A stretch of 64,000 nt of DNA from the NCBI RefSeq assembly GCF_006345805.1, contig NC_042997.1, forward strand, positions 79,484,001 through 79,548,000. The letters are read 5' to 3'. How positions within the stretch are numbered: the first letter of the stretch is position 1; each line of letters opens with the position of its first letter. The position numbers were made by a program, and so were the translations under genes. The notes under the pieces were generated by a model. The model was not told the origin of the DNA, ran no database searches, and saw only the letters and a list, made by a program, of their open reading frames with translations. This stretch comes from Octopus sinensis (lineage: Eukaryota). Of this stretch, positions 12,100 through 24,850 are shown piece after piece.

Positions 12100-13135
12100 T
12101 TAGGTCGTCAAGTATGACATTTGTAGAAAGAAAAAAAAGTTTGCTAATGTTTTGTAAATACAAGGAATAGTTTTATTCATCAAAGTGTGCACCCATGTTG
12201 TCAATACACTTTTACCATTTCAGCGGTAGCTTGCCCCGCCCGGAACTGTAAAAGCCTGACACTCTAGAGTCAATAAAATCTTGGAAGGCCTGTTTTACAG
12301 CATTGTCCAAATTAAATTATTTTCCTAAAAAAAAGTAATCTAAATTCTGGAAGAAGTGGTGGTCAGTGGGGGCAAGATCAGGTGAGTATGGCGGATGATG
12401 GAGAACTTCCAACTCCAACTCCTGTAGTTTTGCCAATGTCATTTTTGCGATGTGTGGTCTGGCGCTGTCTTGCAATAAAATAGGAGTGGATCTATTGACT
12501 AATCTAGGCTGTTTTTTTTTTGTAAGTTTCTGCATCATTTGGTTCAGTTGGCTGCAATATACTTATTTCATCGACCATCAAACACACTCCATCAGCTTCT
12601 TTTGATGAATTTTGCTTTTTGGACTGTGTGTTGGTGGCTTGTCTTTGTCCAGCCATTGTACTGAACATTTACGGTTGTTGTATTGGATCCATTTCTCATC
12701 ACGTGTTACAATTTGAACTAGGTAAGTTAATATTGTTTGCTTGCTAACACTAAACAACAACAATAATTCACGGGCACTTTCAGATGGACCTGATTCGACG
12801 GTAGCTTTCAATTCGTTATTATCCACCTTTGTTTCTGGTCAACCGCGTTGCTCATTTGTAAGGTCAAAGTTACCAGAACGAAATTTTTCAAACCAATTTG
12901 ATACTGTCTGTTGTGTAATAACATTACATTATTAATATTCTGAGCTGTATGTGATGCTGTATTTCCAAGAAAGAACTCATATTTCAAAACTGTTCGAATC
13001 TCCGACTTATCAATCTCTAACCAAAAATAGTAAAAATCGATATATAAATACTTTATAAAGCGCAAAATGAGTTATAATAAAGAAATAGATGTGTCAGCTT
13101 TCTAACAAAAAATAAAGATTGTAAAAAATATAAGC
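12100..13135 (-). mobile_element. Mariner transposon relic (Mos1/Hsmar1-like)
   Basis: Minus-strand fragments DKSEIRTVLKYEF, MDNNELKATVE, IVTRDEKWIQYNN, LLQDSARPH, HPPYSPDLAPTDHHFF; TIR-like ttaggtcgtca near 12100. Confidence 0.85.
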
Positions 13136-13142
13136 AAATGGT

Positions 13143-13552
13143 TATAGGAGATTGGAATAGAATACCCGGTAGAGCTCCTTTAGAAAGTTTGTCTCTTAGA
13201 CGCAGCAAAGATTATCCGGAGGATTCTAAAAATTTTAAAGGCAGCCGAAAAGGCAGACATACAACATGAACGACAAAAACAGGGCGATACAATGGATGTT
13301 ACAACGTGTAAACAATATCAATAAGAATTAAAATCAAACAATTTAAAACTCCCAGTAGGGGAGGCGTTTTAAGGACCTCGTAGAAAACCCCACAAAGGAC
13401 ACGGGTTCTGAACACAGGGCAAGAGCCCTTCTCCACGCTAAAAATTGGTCCTTTCACACTGGCCATTCTTCCAACATTCAGCCACCTTTCAACAAACTTG
13501 CTACAAGGCAACACTTCCCTCTCCACCCTCAACTTACTTTTCAAGTGAAACT

Positions 13553-13554
<2 letters not shown>
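13143..13554 (+). mobile_element. R4/Dong retrotransposon 3' fragment
   Basis: IGIEYPVELL*KVCLLDAAKIIRRIL C-terminus plus 3' UTR ending directly in (AAT)n at 13555. Confidence 0.7.
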
Positions 13555-13597
<43 letters not shown>

Positions 13598-13635
13598 TAA
13601 TAATAATAATAATAATAAACAACTTGACAAAAATA

Positions 13636-14420
13636 TGAGGGGTTCCCCAAAATAGCCAGAAACGCTCTCTATGGAATAAACCCGTTGTAGTTTGGATTTC
13701 CGTCCCTAGAAGCCACTTGATGCAACTGTCAGACATCAGTCTGCCCACCGGTAGTGCTTCTCCCATGTTCGTCGATTTTTGCGATGGCTAAAACGAAGAA
13801 ATAGCGTGCTTCCGTGAAATTTTGTTTTCTACTGGGGAAAACAACAACCGAAACAATTGTCATGCTTCAAGCAGTTTACAAGAACGCTGCCATCAGCAAA
13901 ATACAAATTTACAAGTGGTTTCCATACTTTCGGGATGACTCACTTGTCGTTTGAAGACCAACCCCGTTCAGAACGACCGTCGATCTCCCAAACGAATGAA
14001 AATATCAGGAAAATTCAGGAACAATTGACGAACTTGCTGATATGACTGGTGTGTTCTGGAGCTCAAGCCAACGAATTTTGAGCGAGGAATTGCAAATGAA
14101 AAGAGTTGCAGCAAAATTTGTGCTTTCGCTCGCTCACGGAAGATCAAAAGCAGTCGCGACTGAATGTGTGTCGTTAACTGAAACAATAGTTAGAAGTTGA
14201 TCCGGTCCTTTTTTCGAAGTCATCGCTGGTGACGAAAGTTGATGCTACGGAGTTTGTAGATGTGGAAGAGGTGAAAAACAACAAAACGACCGAGGTGTTA
14301 AAGGAAAATGCGCCTGTACCGACGCATTGTTTCAAATTGAAGGTGATAAAAGGGTAAACATGTAAAACTAAGTGAATAAAATAGTATTGCCAAATTCCGG
14401 TTTCTTTTGGGTACCCCTTA
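13636..14420 (+). mobile_element. Internally deleted mariner
   Basis: TIR-like ends tgaggggttccccaaaatagccagaa and reverse complement taaggggtacccaaaagaaaccggaa; HTH fragments VKFCFLLGKTTTETIVML and EDQPRSERPS. Confidence 0.75.
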
Positions 14421-14423
14421 ATA

Positions 14424-15030
14424 TATGGAGAGACTGTGCCAGAAAAATGTAGATCCTGTGGGACGTGGAACGAGGAAGTGGCACACATTGTGGAAGAATG
14501 CCCCAAATTGGCACCGAAAGAACATAAGAAATGGAGGCACGGCCAGATTGTAAAAGTTTTACACGGGAAACTTTGCTAGAAAGGGGTATTTGAAGCAGGA
14601 AACACATGGTGCAATCATCGAGTCAAAAGAGTACTAGAGTCGGAGAAACGTAAGATTTTGTGGAACTTCCCTATTCAAACGGGCAAGAAGTTAAAAAAAT
14701 TATTGACCGGACATAACAATAATAGATGTGGAAAAGCAAAGTTGCTTACTTATCTCTCATGCAGATTTGATTCCAGGATCGTAAAGAAAAAGGACGAAAA
14801 ACAAAATAAACTAACAAAAAACACCTTCAAATTTGAAATAGGAAGAATTTGGTGTATGAAAACTGTAAAGGTCGTGCCTATAATAATTGGTGCGTTGGGT
14901 ACAGTAAGCAAAGATATGGACAAATGGGTGAAGGAAACTGGAATGGAATATTCTGGAGAGCTCCTACGGAAAGTTTGTCTCTTAGGGACAGCAATGATTA
15001 TCAGGAGGGTTCTAAACACTTGAAAAGTTA
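14424..15030 (+). mobile_element. R4/Dong 3' fragment (CCHC plus RLE)
   Basis: CRSCGTWNEEVAHIVEEC zinc knuckle, LWNFPIQT, VVPIIIGALG, KVCLLGTAMIIRRVL. Confidence 0.85.
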
Positions 15031-15065
15031 CCGAAAACTTGTAGATACTTAAGGTTTAGGGAAGT

Positions 15066-15220
15066 TTACATCGATCCCAGGGGTACTTATTTCATCGACC
15101 TCGGAAGGATGAAAGGTAAAGTCGACCTCGGAGGAATTTGAACTGAGACCGTAAGGACGGACGAAATGCCGCTAAACATTTCATCCGGTGTTGGTAATGA
15201 TTCTGCCAGCTTACCGCCTT
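15066..15220 (-). mobile_element. tRNA-derived SINE fragment
   Basis: Family core atcgacctcggaaggatgaaaggtaaagtcgacctcggaggaatttgaactgag. Confidence 0.85.
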
Positions 15221-15226
15221 AATAAT

Positions 15227-15269
<43 letters not shown>

Positions 15270-16671
15270 GAGTTTGGACTCTCAAAATGTGCTACGATGG
15301 TTATAGGACGAGGAAAGCTTGCCTGGTCAGAAGGCATATGGTTGCCAAGTGGTGAAATGATGAAGGAAATTCAACCTCAATCTAGGAATACTTGAGGCCG
15401 ATGGAATCAAATACCACGACATGAAGGAAAAGACAAAAAGAGAGTACCTTTAGCGAATGAGAAAAATATTGTCTCCAAAGCTGAATGCTAGAAACATAAA
15501 TTCGACAATTAACTCGCGTGCAGAAGCAGTAGTCCGGTTTGGCTCTCGAATCCTGAAGTGGACAGACAAGGAACTAATGGAGATGGACAGGAAGTAAAAA
15601 AAGCTCCTAACTATGCATGGAGCCCATCATCTACGTGCCAACACTGATCGCCTATGCATGCAAAGAGCAAATGGAAGAAGGGGACTATATATATGAAAAG
15701 AGTTAACTCAAGAGCTTAATGAGATACCTAGCCCAAAGTAAGGAAACCTTGCTAGTGACAGTTAGGAACAAGGGAGTATTGAGAGCAGAGAAAAAAAGGG
15801 AAAACAAAGAAAGAAGTACAAAAAAGGACATGAAGAATTATGCAACAAGGGACTACATAATCAATTCCATGTAACCACAACAGAAGTTGCTGGAAAAAAA
15901 ATAGGTAGGATTGGCTGATGAAAGGAACCTTAAAAAAAGAGACCGAGAGCACTATACTGGCTGTGCAAGACCAATATCTGCCCACGAACTGAAGGGTCAA
16001 CCGTAGGAATGAGCAAGTGTTTCCGCTGTGCTGCATCTGTAACAGGGTGGATGGAACCATTGCCCATATCACGAACGAATGCCCTAAACTTGTCGAAAAC
16101 CACTACAAGTTGTGGCGACACGACCAGGTAGCGAAAATGTTCCACTGGAAATTGCGCTAAAAGTGGAGGCTAGAGAGAGGCACAAACCGCAGAGAGTGGC
16201 GGAGTCGGAGACTGGCAGAATCTTCTGGGATTTCCCAATCCAAACAGATCAGGTGTTGGTGCATAACAGACCGGGCCTAGTGGTGGTGGACAAGGAACAC
16301 CACATATGGTTGATGTTGCATGCCCCTTTGACATACGAATAGTCAAGAAGGAAGGTGAAAAGATGGATAGATACAACCCTCCTAAGCACGAAATAGCTTG
16401 GCTATGGAAGATGAATAAGGTGAAGATAGTGCCAGTTATTGTTGAGTCCTTGGGAACAGTATCAGAAGGCATAAAGAGGAATATAAAGGAAATTGGAATC
16501 GAGTGCCCTGTAGAACTGTCATAAAACGTTTGCCTCTTTTCCACGGCCAGAATAATCAGGAATGTATTAGATAGCTGAAAAGAATGAATAGCGTGGTACC
16601 ATAGGATGAAGGTAGTAAGCCCGCTACGCATGCAAAACTCCAGGAGCTCCAACAAAACCTGTGATAAAGAG
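15270..16671 (+). mobile_element. 5'-truncated degenerate R4/Dong element between (AAT)n tracts
   Basis: Begins EFGLSKCA after (AAT)n; RLE motifs FWDFPIQTD, HNRP, DVACPFD, IVPVIVESLG; ends in (AAT)n. Confidence 0.85.
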
Positions 16672-16864
16672 ATAATAATAATAATAATAATGATAATAAT
16701 AATAATAATAGAGAAATTAAGGCCAATATATACATAATGCAGAACTACAAAAACTGTAAACCACAGCAAAACTTTTAAAAAGAGAAGAAAAATTCCAAAA
16801 GAAAAAGAAAATGAAATTCAGAAATTCAAACATCCAGCGAGGTGAGCATCTCTTCCTCTTACTA

Positions 16865-18142
16865 CGAGGGGCGTTCAATAAGTAATGCCCCTGACCCACT
16901 TCCCATAGCAGTAGAGCAACGAAACTTGACACAGTTATTAGTCTTTTTCTACATAGGAACCACCCAGAGTTACGCATTTCTCCCATCGTTTGATGCGGCT
17001 CTGGAGACCGTTTTTGTAGAAGAACCCAGCTTGGTCCTCCAACCTCAACGTGACTTCAGAAATCAAGGCTGCATCATCTGGGAAACGCTTTCCTTTCAAA
17101 AACAACTTCATGATTGGGAAGAGGTGAAAATCAGAGGGTGCAAGGTCAGGAAAGTAGGGGGATGGGGAGGAGTTCATAGGCATACGCCTGTGCTTCTAAT
17201 CTGGCGACAAGCGAGTTGTGGACCGGAGCGTTGTCCTGCAGGAGGAGGATGCCTTTGCTGATCTTGCCCCGCCTCTTGATTTTGATAACTTCTCTTAATT
17301 TCCTCAAAAGTGAAGCATAATAGGCTCCTGCAATTGTGGTACCCTTTGCCAGGAAATCCGTCATCACTACTCCGTCCTGGTCCCAGAAGACTGTGAGCAT
17401 GACCTTGCCAGCGGAGGGCTGCACCCTTGCCTTCTTTGGAGGGGGTGAGTCACGGTGCTTCCACTGCATTGACTGGGCTTTGGTCTCTGGATCATCGTGA
17501 TGGACCCAGGTTTCATCCTGTGTAATCAGTCTTTTGAAAAATTTTGACTCATCTTCTTGACACATCTCCAAATTCACCCTCGAGCATTCGACGCGTTCTT
17601 GCTTCTGGAAAGGCATGAGCAACCTGGGAATCCATCTGGCAGACACCTTTTGCATATGCAAATGGTCATGAATGATAGTTTCCACAGACCCGGTACTAAT
17701 CTTGACCTCATGGACTATTTGGCGAATAATTATGCGTCGATCTTCCAAAATGGCAGCCTCAACTTGACGGACAGATGCCTCATCAATGGCAGAAGGGGGC
17801 GACCAGATCTGGGAGCTGTTTCCACAGAGTTCCGACCATGTTTGAATTCACGATGCCAGCGTTTTACAAGGTCATATGATGGGGCATCATCACCATAAGT
17901 TACTTTCATTTCATCAAAAGTCTCCCGTGGTGTGCGTCCTTTCAAATACAAAAACCGGATCACTGCTCGACACTCAACAGGCTCCATTTCACACTTGACT
18001 CGGTTCAAACACCTGTAAATCAGAAATCACAATTAATTCAGAGCTGTAATTTGCCACTTACTCTATAGAGATATAAATGATTGCACAGCTAGATCAAACA
18101 ACTGCAAGTGGGTCAGAGGCATTACTTATTGACCGTCCCTCG
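16865..18142 (-). mobile_element. Full-length mariner (1278 bp), irritans/Hsmar2-like TIRs
   Basis: TIRs CGAGGGGCGTTCAATAAGTAATGCCCCTGACCCACTT versus reverse complement CGAGGGACGGTCAATAAGTAATGCCTCTGACCCACTT; TA at 16863-16864 and 18143-18144. Confidence 0.95.
16938..17987 (-). pseudogene. Mariner DD34D transposase with two frameshifts
   Basis: Three ORF pieces: MEPVECRAVIRFL...RSGRP; WIPRLL...ITQDETW...QDNAP; PDLAPSDFHLF...YVEKD. Confidence 0.92.
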
Positions 18143-18633
18143 TATTCCCAAAGACAGAAATATCTACAATTTCCTGTGAATATATTAAATCCCCCTCAAA
18201 ATAAAATGAGTTAAGAAACTTATTTACCTACAGCTTTCGAACACACAAACGACCAGCTTTAAAAAAATCTTTTAATATCTACAACTAGTATGTGAATACT
18301 TATCCTTTCCTTTTGCCCTGAGTGTGCGAAAATGTAAACATCATCCTTCTTTTTATTCTAAGAACAATACCGTTTCTCTCTGTGCGGTCATACAAAAGAC
18401 CATATTTAGTAAATCTTAAAACTTTACTATCTACAGCTTGTTTTCTGTTTGACTCTTCCTGAATATTCGAAAATGTAAACATCCTTTTCATTGCAAAAGT
18501 CCTACTGTATTTGCCAACTGGACAGACAAACGAACTTTAAGACTATAATATATTACCCAAATACATAAACACACCTTTTATTGCAACAATACATTGAATT
18601 CAGAAATTCAAAAATTCAACGACGTGAATATCA

Positions 18634-18634
<1 letters not shown>

Positions 18635-18701
<67 letters not shown>

Positions 18702-18721
18702 TATATATATGTATGTGTGTG

Positions 18722-18785
<64 letters not shown>

Positions 18786-18855
18786 ATATATATATATGTA
18801 TGTGTGTGTGTGTGTGTGTGATTGTGTGGAAGTGTAGATGTGTGTGCGTGTGTAT
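18635..18855. repeat. (TA)n/(TG)n microsatellite
   Basis: Directly visible. Confidence 0.95.
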
Positions 18856-19113
18856 ATTATTATTTTTTTTTCTACCAGTAATTACAAATAGAACAGGTTG
18901 AATTGCTTCTTTTCAAGGCAGTGCTCTCAGTAGCCACTGGTAGTAGTAAACACATTTGACCTCTGCTAACCCAAAGGGTGCGAAGATTCTTTTGGCTCTA
19001 TGGCCGACCTCCCCACCATCTGCCGAATCTATTTATAGACCTGTAAAATATGATCTATTCACGAAACTGCTGCCCAACTATTTCCTCCAACAATGGTAGT
19101 AGTGATGATGGTG

Positions 19114-19155
<42 letters not shown>

Positions 19156-19187
19156 TTCCTCCAACAATGGTAGTAGTGATGATGGTG

Positions 19188-19241
<54 letters not shown>

Positions 19242-19244
<3 letters not shown>

Positions 19245-19798
19245 GCCCTGATGCAGTACCAGGCAGTGGCTCTCATGGCTTCTGATCTTAACTGATTGGA
19301 AGTGTTATCATGTACATTGTTTTGTCTTGGTATAAAAGATGGGCTACAGCAAATATTCTGCTCAATACCACAGATTTGCTTGTCAGTTGTTTGACCTTAA
19401 CCAGTTGAGCATGTCCCTTAGTGGCTGACGATATGTGCATCTCTGATCACGAGCAGAAGTAGTGGGGGAGCATCATAGCCATGTTTTGAGAGGGATTCTT
19501 TGGGGTTTGAATAGTTCACCTCTGGAAACATGGGTGGTTCTTTCAACATCCTTAAACAACCCTTATTCAGGGACCGTTTGAGCGGGATGGGCTACTCAAC
19601 CTGAAGAAAATTCTAACTGGGCCCCACCTGCAAGGTCATGTGCTGTTTATCTTGATATGAGATCACCATGTCGCGCACATATGGTTGTGATGCATGTGCC
19701 TGGTGTACCTTTATCAGACGGGTAGTCATGATGGGTATATTGGGCTTCGTATATTTTACCCCAGTGTCACTTTGATGGCATGAACTGCTCTCTCACAC
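19242..19798 (+). mobile_element. Non-coding ~560-bp repeat inserted in (AAT)n (putative Dong-dependent non-autonomous retroposon)
   Basis: (AAT)n on both sides; other copies at 40415-40752 (5'-truncated, same 3' end), 30963-31170 and an inverted fragment at 38901-38964; no long ORF. Confidence 0.75.
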
Positions 19799-19819
19799 AA
19801 TAATAATAATAATAATTAA

Positions 19820-22800
19820 TGAAAGGAAACGGGTGGAGCCTCTTCATGTGCTGATTAATGTGTGATGGTGTCGCAATAAAAACACTGGTAATTGCACAGC
19901 CTGATAATCGCTACCTCATATAAGTGACAATGAAAACACAAAATATTGTGAATAACAGTGGTAATGAAATTGAAGCCAATGATGGTGACAGTGTTACACC
20001 CGGTAGGCTCAGAGATTCTGATCCGGCTCCAGAACGTCGATATCCAGAAAGGGACCATAACACACGGTATAGATGGAGCAGGAAAATTAATGCTGTGGTC
20101 ATGGAGTGTTACTACCTGAGCAGCCCGGTAGATGAAAATTGTGCTCAAATTAGGGGTTACCGACAATGTGTGTATGATCATTGGAGAGAGAAGGGATTGT
20201 TTCAACTCACAGAACAGAGACTATGTGATCAAGCTAGAGCAACAAGAAAAATCTGCTCGAAGCTATCAAAAGACGGGTCTTGGAAAATAGCAGCAGAGAT
20301 AACAATGACAATACAGCTCTTACTAATAAGAGTAATCTCATAGCACAGGAAAGGAGCTGTGGTAGTTTACTTGATGAGAGAGATATAGATGATCTAAAAG
20401 AAGACAATAAAACTAATAGCGAAATGACAGATGAACAAAGGCAATCTACGACAGAATAAAGGCAAGCCTACAGGAGAACGATAGCGACATTATTTGCAGC
20501 CTTAAAAGGTTGATCGATGGAAATAGAACCAAAAACGAAAGATGTCAATGAAATTCTGAAATACATCAGAACAAACAACATCAGAGAAACAAGTAATTTG
20601 ATCAAGGTAGCAAGTATTGTTGTAGCAGAAAATGTGGGTGATGATGTCAAGAAAAAGAAACATAATGGGAGTGACAAAAGAAAAGATCCATGGTGGAAAA
20701 GAAGAATACAGGCAGGGTTGGATATGCCCTCGATGGAAATCTCTGTGTTAGACCGAAAAGAGAAAGGGGAGCTTAAAAGCAAACAAAAATACAGGGCGCT
20801 GAAAAGGAAGTGTAATGTTGAAAGAAAGGGCCTGAAAGTAGTAATGGAGGAACCGAAACAGCACCTAGTTGCAAAGAAAGCAAAGATGGTACGATAAGAC
20901 CAAAGAATGAAGGGTTACCACCAGAATAAGTTATTCAGAGTAGATCAGAAGAGATTCTATAAAGAAATAAATGGAGAGTGCACAGATAAAAAGTTGATAA
21001 CAGATAACATTGAAAGTCAAAGGTTTTGGAGTGACATCTGGAGCAAAGACAAGGAGCACAAGAAGGATGCTGAATCGTTGCAATAACTGAAACAAACAGT
21101 AGTCTGTCCAAAACAGGCAGAACTAGAAGTGAAGGAAATCAGCAAAAAAATGTTCAAGGCTACCGGATCAAAATATTTAGTGAATGTCATGTACGAATAG
21201 CTGCACAAACACCTTGTTAAATGCCGACCAAGTAACCCCAGAGCTTTTGACATTGGGTAGGACAGTGCTGTGCCTGAAAAACATCGAAAAGGCAATACGC
21301 TAGACAATTACAGGCCGATATCCTGTTTGCCACTTATGTGGAAGTTATTGACTGGAATACTCGCAGAGTCAATGTGCGAACATCTGGGAAAAAATGGAGT
21401 CCTCCCACATGAGCAGAAGGGTTGCAAGCGTAAGTGCAGAGGTACCAAGGATCAAATCCTGATAGACAAAACTGTACTTAGAGACTGCAAGAGGAGATAA
21501 TGTAACTTAGCCATGTCATCGTAAGGTATGGTATACGATATGATCCCACATTCTTGGATTATGGAGTATACGAACCTATTTGGTATTGCATCGAATGTTG
21601 AACGATTGCTTGGAAAAAGTATGGCGAATTGGAGGACAGTCTGACAACATACGGAAGAAGTTTAGGGACAGTAGAAATTAGGAGAAACTAGGAAACTGTC
21701 TGTCCCCATAGATCTTTGTACTCTGCTTGAAACCACTAACACTGATCCTGAGGAAAGCAAAAGCTGGGTATGTATTCAAAAGCCGCCAACAAAAAGTCAA
21801 CCATATGTTATTCATGGATGACCTCAAACTTTATGGTAAAGATGAAGCCCAAGCCAGTTCCCTCGTTGATGCGGTGTATACCTTCAGTGCTGATATCAGA
21901 ATGGAGTTCGAACTGAGAATGTGAGGTGTGGTAGTCTTGAAGAGAAGCAAAGTCTAATGTATGGACAGGCTTGCGATACCATCGGGGGAGGTTATGAAGC
22001 AGATAGAAGAGACGGGCTATAAGTACTTGGGTATTTTGGAAATGGATAAATTGATGGAGAAAGAAATGACAGAAAAATTTAAGGTGGAGTACTTGTGCAG
22101 ACTGAAACTTATCTTTAAGTCGAAATTAAACGGACGGAATAAGATCGAATATATCAACACCTGGGCGGTTTCAGTCCTTAGATATGGAGCAAGGGTAATC
22201 GCATGGACAGTAGACGAACTAAACAGCTTAGACAGAAAGACAAGGAAGTTGCTAACTAGATATGGATCGCTCCACCCAAAAAGTGACACAGACAGACTGT
22301 ATGTAGCAAGAAAAAGAGGGGGAAGAGGACTTAATGGATGCGAAAAAAACTGAAAACGAATGGAACCGAAAATAGGTGGGTAAAGAAAAGACTGCATGGT
22401 CAATTTCATAGGGATGTTGAAGATAAGACAGACAGGGAAAAAAAGATGGCTCTGGATGACTAAAAGGGATTTAAAACCGGAAACGGAGGCTCCAATCTGT
22501 GCTTCCCAAAAGCAAGCACTAAGAACAAACTACATAAAATACAGAATAAACAACACTGCAGAAAGGGATAAGTGCAGAATCTGTGGACAAAATGGTGAAA
22601 CCGTATGGCATATTCCCAGCCATTGTACGCCACTAACCCAGAAGGAATATAAGAGATGCCACGACAATATAGCCAGGATTGTCCATTGGACACTTTGCAA
22701 CAAGTATGGACTTGACAGAGCAAAAAATTGGCGCGACCACTAACCTGAAGGCATCGTCGAAAATAGAAATGCAAAGATCCTATGGGATTTTATGATTCAG

Positions 22801-23180
22801 TGCGACCATGAGATAGAGAATAGGAAGCCGGGCATAGTCTAAATTAAGAAAGAAAACAAACTGTAGATATAGCATGCCCAGCTGACAACAAGGTATGCGA
22901 TAAGGAAGAAAGAAAAGTTGAGAGATATGATAGGTTGGCTTGGGAAGTTAAGCAGTTGTGGTCGATGAAAACGGTAGCAGTAGTACCAATAATTGTCGGA
23001 GCCCTTGGAACAGTGAGCAAAAATCTCGAGAAGTACATGGAACATATAGGGGCTGCAATAAGGGTGGAGTAGTTGCAGAAAACAGATTGTGCTCGAAAAA
23101 TAAGAGGTGTTACCTTAGTTCACTGATAGTGAACAGCTGACACTGTGGTACATCTCCAGCGTTAGAAGCTGTGCATAGGC
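19820..23180 (+). mobile_element. Degenerate full-length R4/Dong element (family B)
   Basis: N-terminal RWSRKINAVVMECYY...[43 protein letters not shown] and RLE; many stops; 3' end gctgtgcataggc joins (ATG)n(AAT)n. Confidence 0.9.
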
Positions 23181-23208
23181 AATGATGATGATGATGATGA
23201 TGATGATA

Positions 23209-23248
<40 letters not shown>

Positions 23249-23267
23249 GAATAATAATAATAATAAT

Positions 23268-23332
<65 letters not shown>

Positions 23333-23334
<2 letters not shown>

Positions 23335-23593
23335 GGCAGAAATTCAAAAGATAGTGCTCATGGGAACTGCTCATATCCTACGCAAAATACTTTCTATGTA
23401 ATCTCAAATTTTAAAACAAACATAATTTTCGTATGTTTTTTTTAGACATTCACTAGTACAACACTAACTACAAAACCAAATATATGGCACCCTAGGCATA
23501 ACACCAACGCGGACCTCCAACTTGTTGTCTCTTGAGGTCTCTGGGTGAGACTTGGAGCCAGCTTGTGCAAATGTAAAGCAAAAGTCAAACATA

Positions 23594-23594
<1 letters not shown>
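23333..23594 (+). mobile_element. R4/Dong 3' terminal fragment (family C)
   Basis: AEIQKIVLMGTAHILRKILSM* plus 3' UTR, flanked by (AAT)n on both sides. Confidence 0.85.
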
Positions 23595-23679
<85 letters not shown>

Positions 23680-23914
23680 GACGTTTAAGAGAGAACACCG
23701 GGGACGTTTAAGATGTAAGAAGGAAAATACAGAGCTCCGAAATCTATCCACAAACATCGAAAACAAGGACATCCTATGGAGCCAAAGATTTACTAACAAA
23801 GAATTGGACTGTATCCGAGTAAGTAATACTAATTGAAATTTATTACTATTTTCGAAACGAAATGATGTATTTTGACTCGATATTATCTCCACCTCGAACA
23901 CAACACATGTAAAC

Positions 23915-24850
23915 ATGCGTGGAACATCACGATCATCCCCGACCTCAAACACCATGTACAAAGGAACTACGAAGAAATTAAATGCCACCGATACTATTCA
24001 ACCCAAGAATAACAATCGAGCAGTACGTACATTAAACTTACAACAAAAAATGTACGAAAAACTACACGTGCGAAATAATGTGACAACAGAAATAAACGGA
24101 CCGGTACCCTACGAAAATGACGACCGTCAAAATAATGGGCCTGACGTTGTACCTCATGTCCCGCAAATAAAACCCAAAAGACGTAAATGGACACGTGAAG
24201 AATACATTTCTATCTTACACGCATACTTCACAGCAATGCTCTACCCAAAAACTGAAAATACAACAACACATACATATAAAATATGGAAGGAAAATAATAG
24301 AGATATAGACTTGGATACAGCAATGAACCCTAATAAATTAGCTAACGTACGAAGATACATTCTCAAAGCCAAAAGAATATCAGAAATAGAAATAGAACAT
24401 TTAAAAGAAAAAATACACCAGGAAAATGTAGATAGAAGCCACACAACAATGCCCAATAATATAAACACTGAAACTGTAAAACACGAAGACAAACGCAACA
24501 TTCCCAACAAACACGATGTAAACAACGAAGGGGAGCCTAATGATTATGATAATATAAAAAATAAAATCATCAAAGAACTGAAAACCACAGAGCCCAAAAT
24601 GGACCACCGACCATACCTCCCAAAAATAAAAATAAACGAAATAACAACACCAATTATAAACAGCATAAACCTAGCCGTCACTGAACTAGCCACTGAAACA
24701 AAAAAAAGTGATATCACTGAACTAAATGACTTGATATACGCAGCAGCCACTGCAGCCACAAAAGAGGCTGGATACTCACCAAAACCCTCCCAAACAGGAG
24801 TACCACCACCCAAACAAACCCTGTGGATAAATAACATCCAAAAAAAATAA
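23915..24850 (+). CDS. R4/Dong ORF N-terminal part (311 aa)
   Basis: RRKWTREEYISILHAYF...HTYKIWKE...NKLANVRRYI, homologous to the family B N-terminus; ends at the A8-T-A7 run at 24840-24855. Confidence 0.85.
   Translation: MRGTSRSSPTSNTMYKGTTKKLNATDTIQPKNNNRAVRTLNLQQKMYEKLHVRNNVTTEINGPVPYENDDRQNNGPDVVPHVPQIKPKRRKWTREEYISILHAYFTAMLYPKTENTTTHTYKIWKENNRDIDLDTAMNPNKLANVRRYILKAKRISEIEIEHLKEKIHQENVDRSHTTMPNNINTETVKHEDKRNIPNKHDVNNEGEPNDYDNIKNKIIKELKTTEPKMDHRPYLPKIKINEITTPIINSINLAVTELATETKKSDITELNDLIYAAATAATKEAGYSPKPSQTGVPPPKQTLWINNIQKK

Noticed and set aside
19242-19310. Hammerhead, HDV-like or U2-derived motif at the 5' end of the 560-bp repeat
   Set aside because: CTGATGC breaks the core with no GAAA partner; HDV P1.1/P3 cannot be built; the U2-like match is only 11 of 12 nt
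19820-19870. HDV-like ribozyme at Dong 5' ends (also 23680-23760)
   Set aside because: No P1/P3/P1.1 nested pseudoknot could be assembled by eye; a pattern search would be needed
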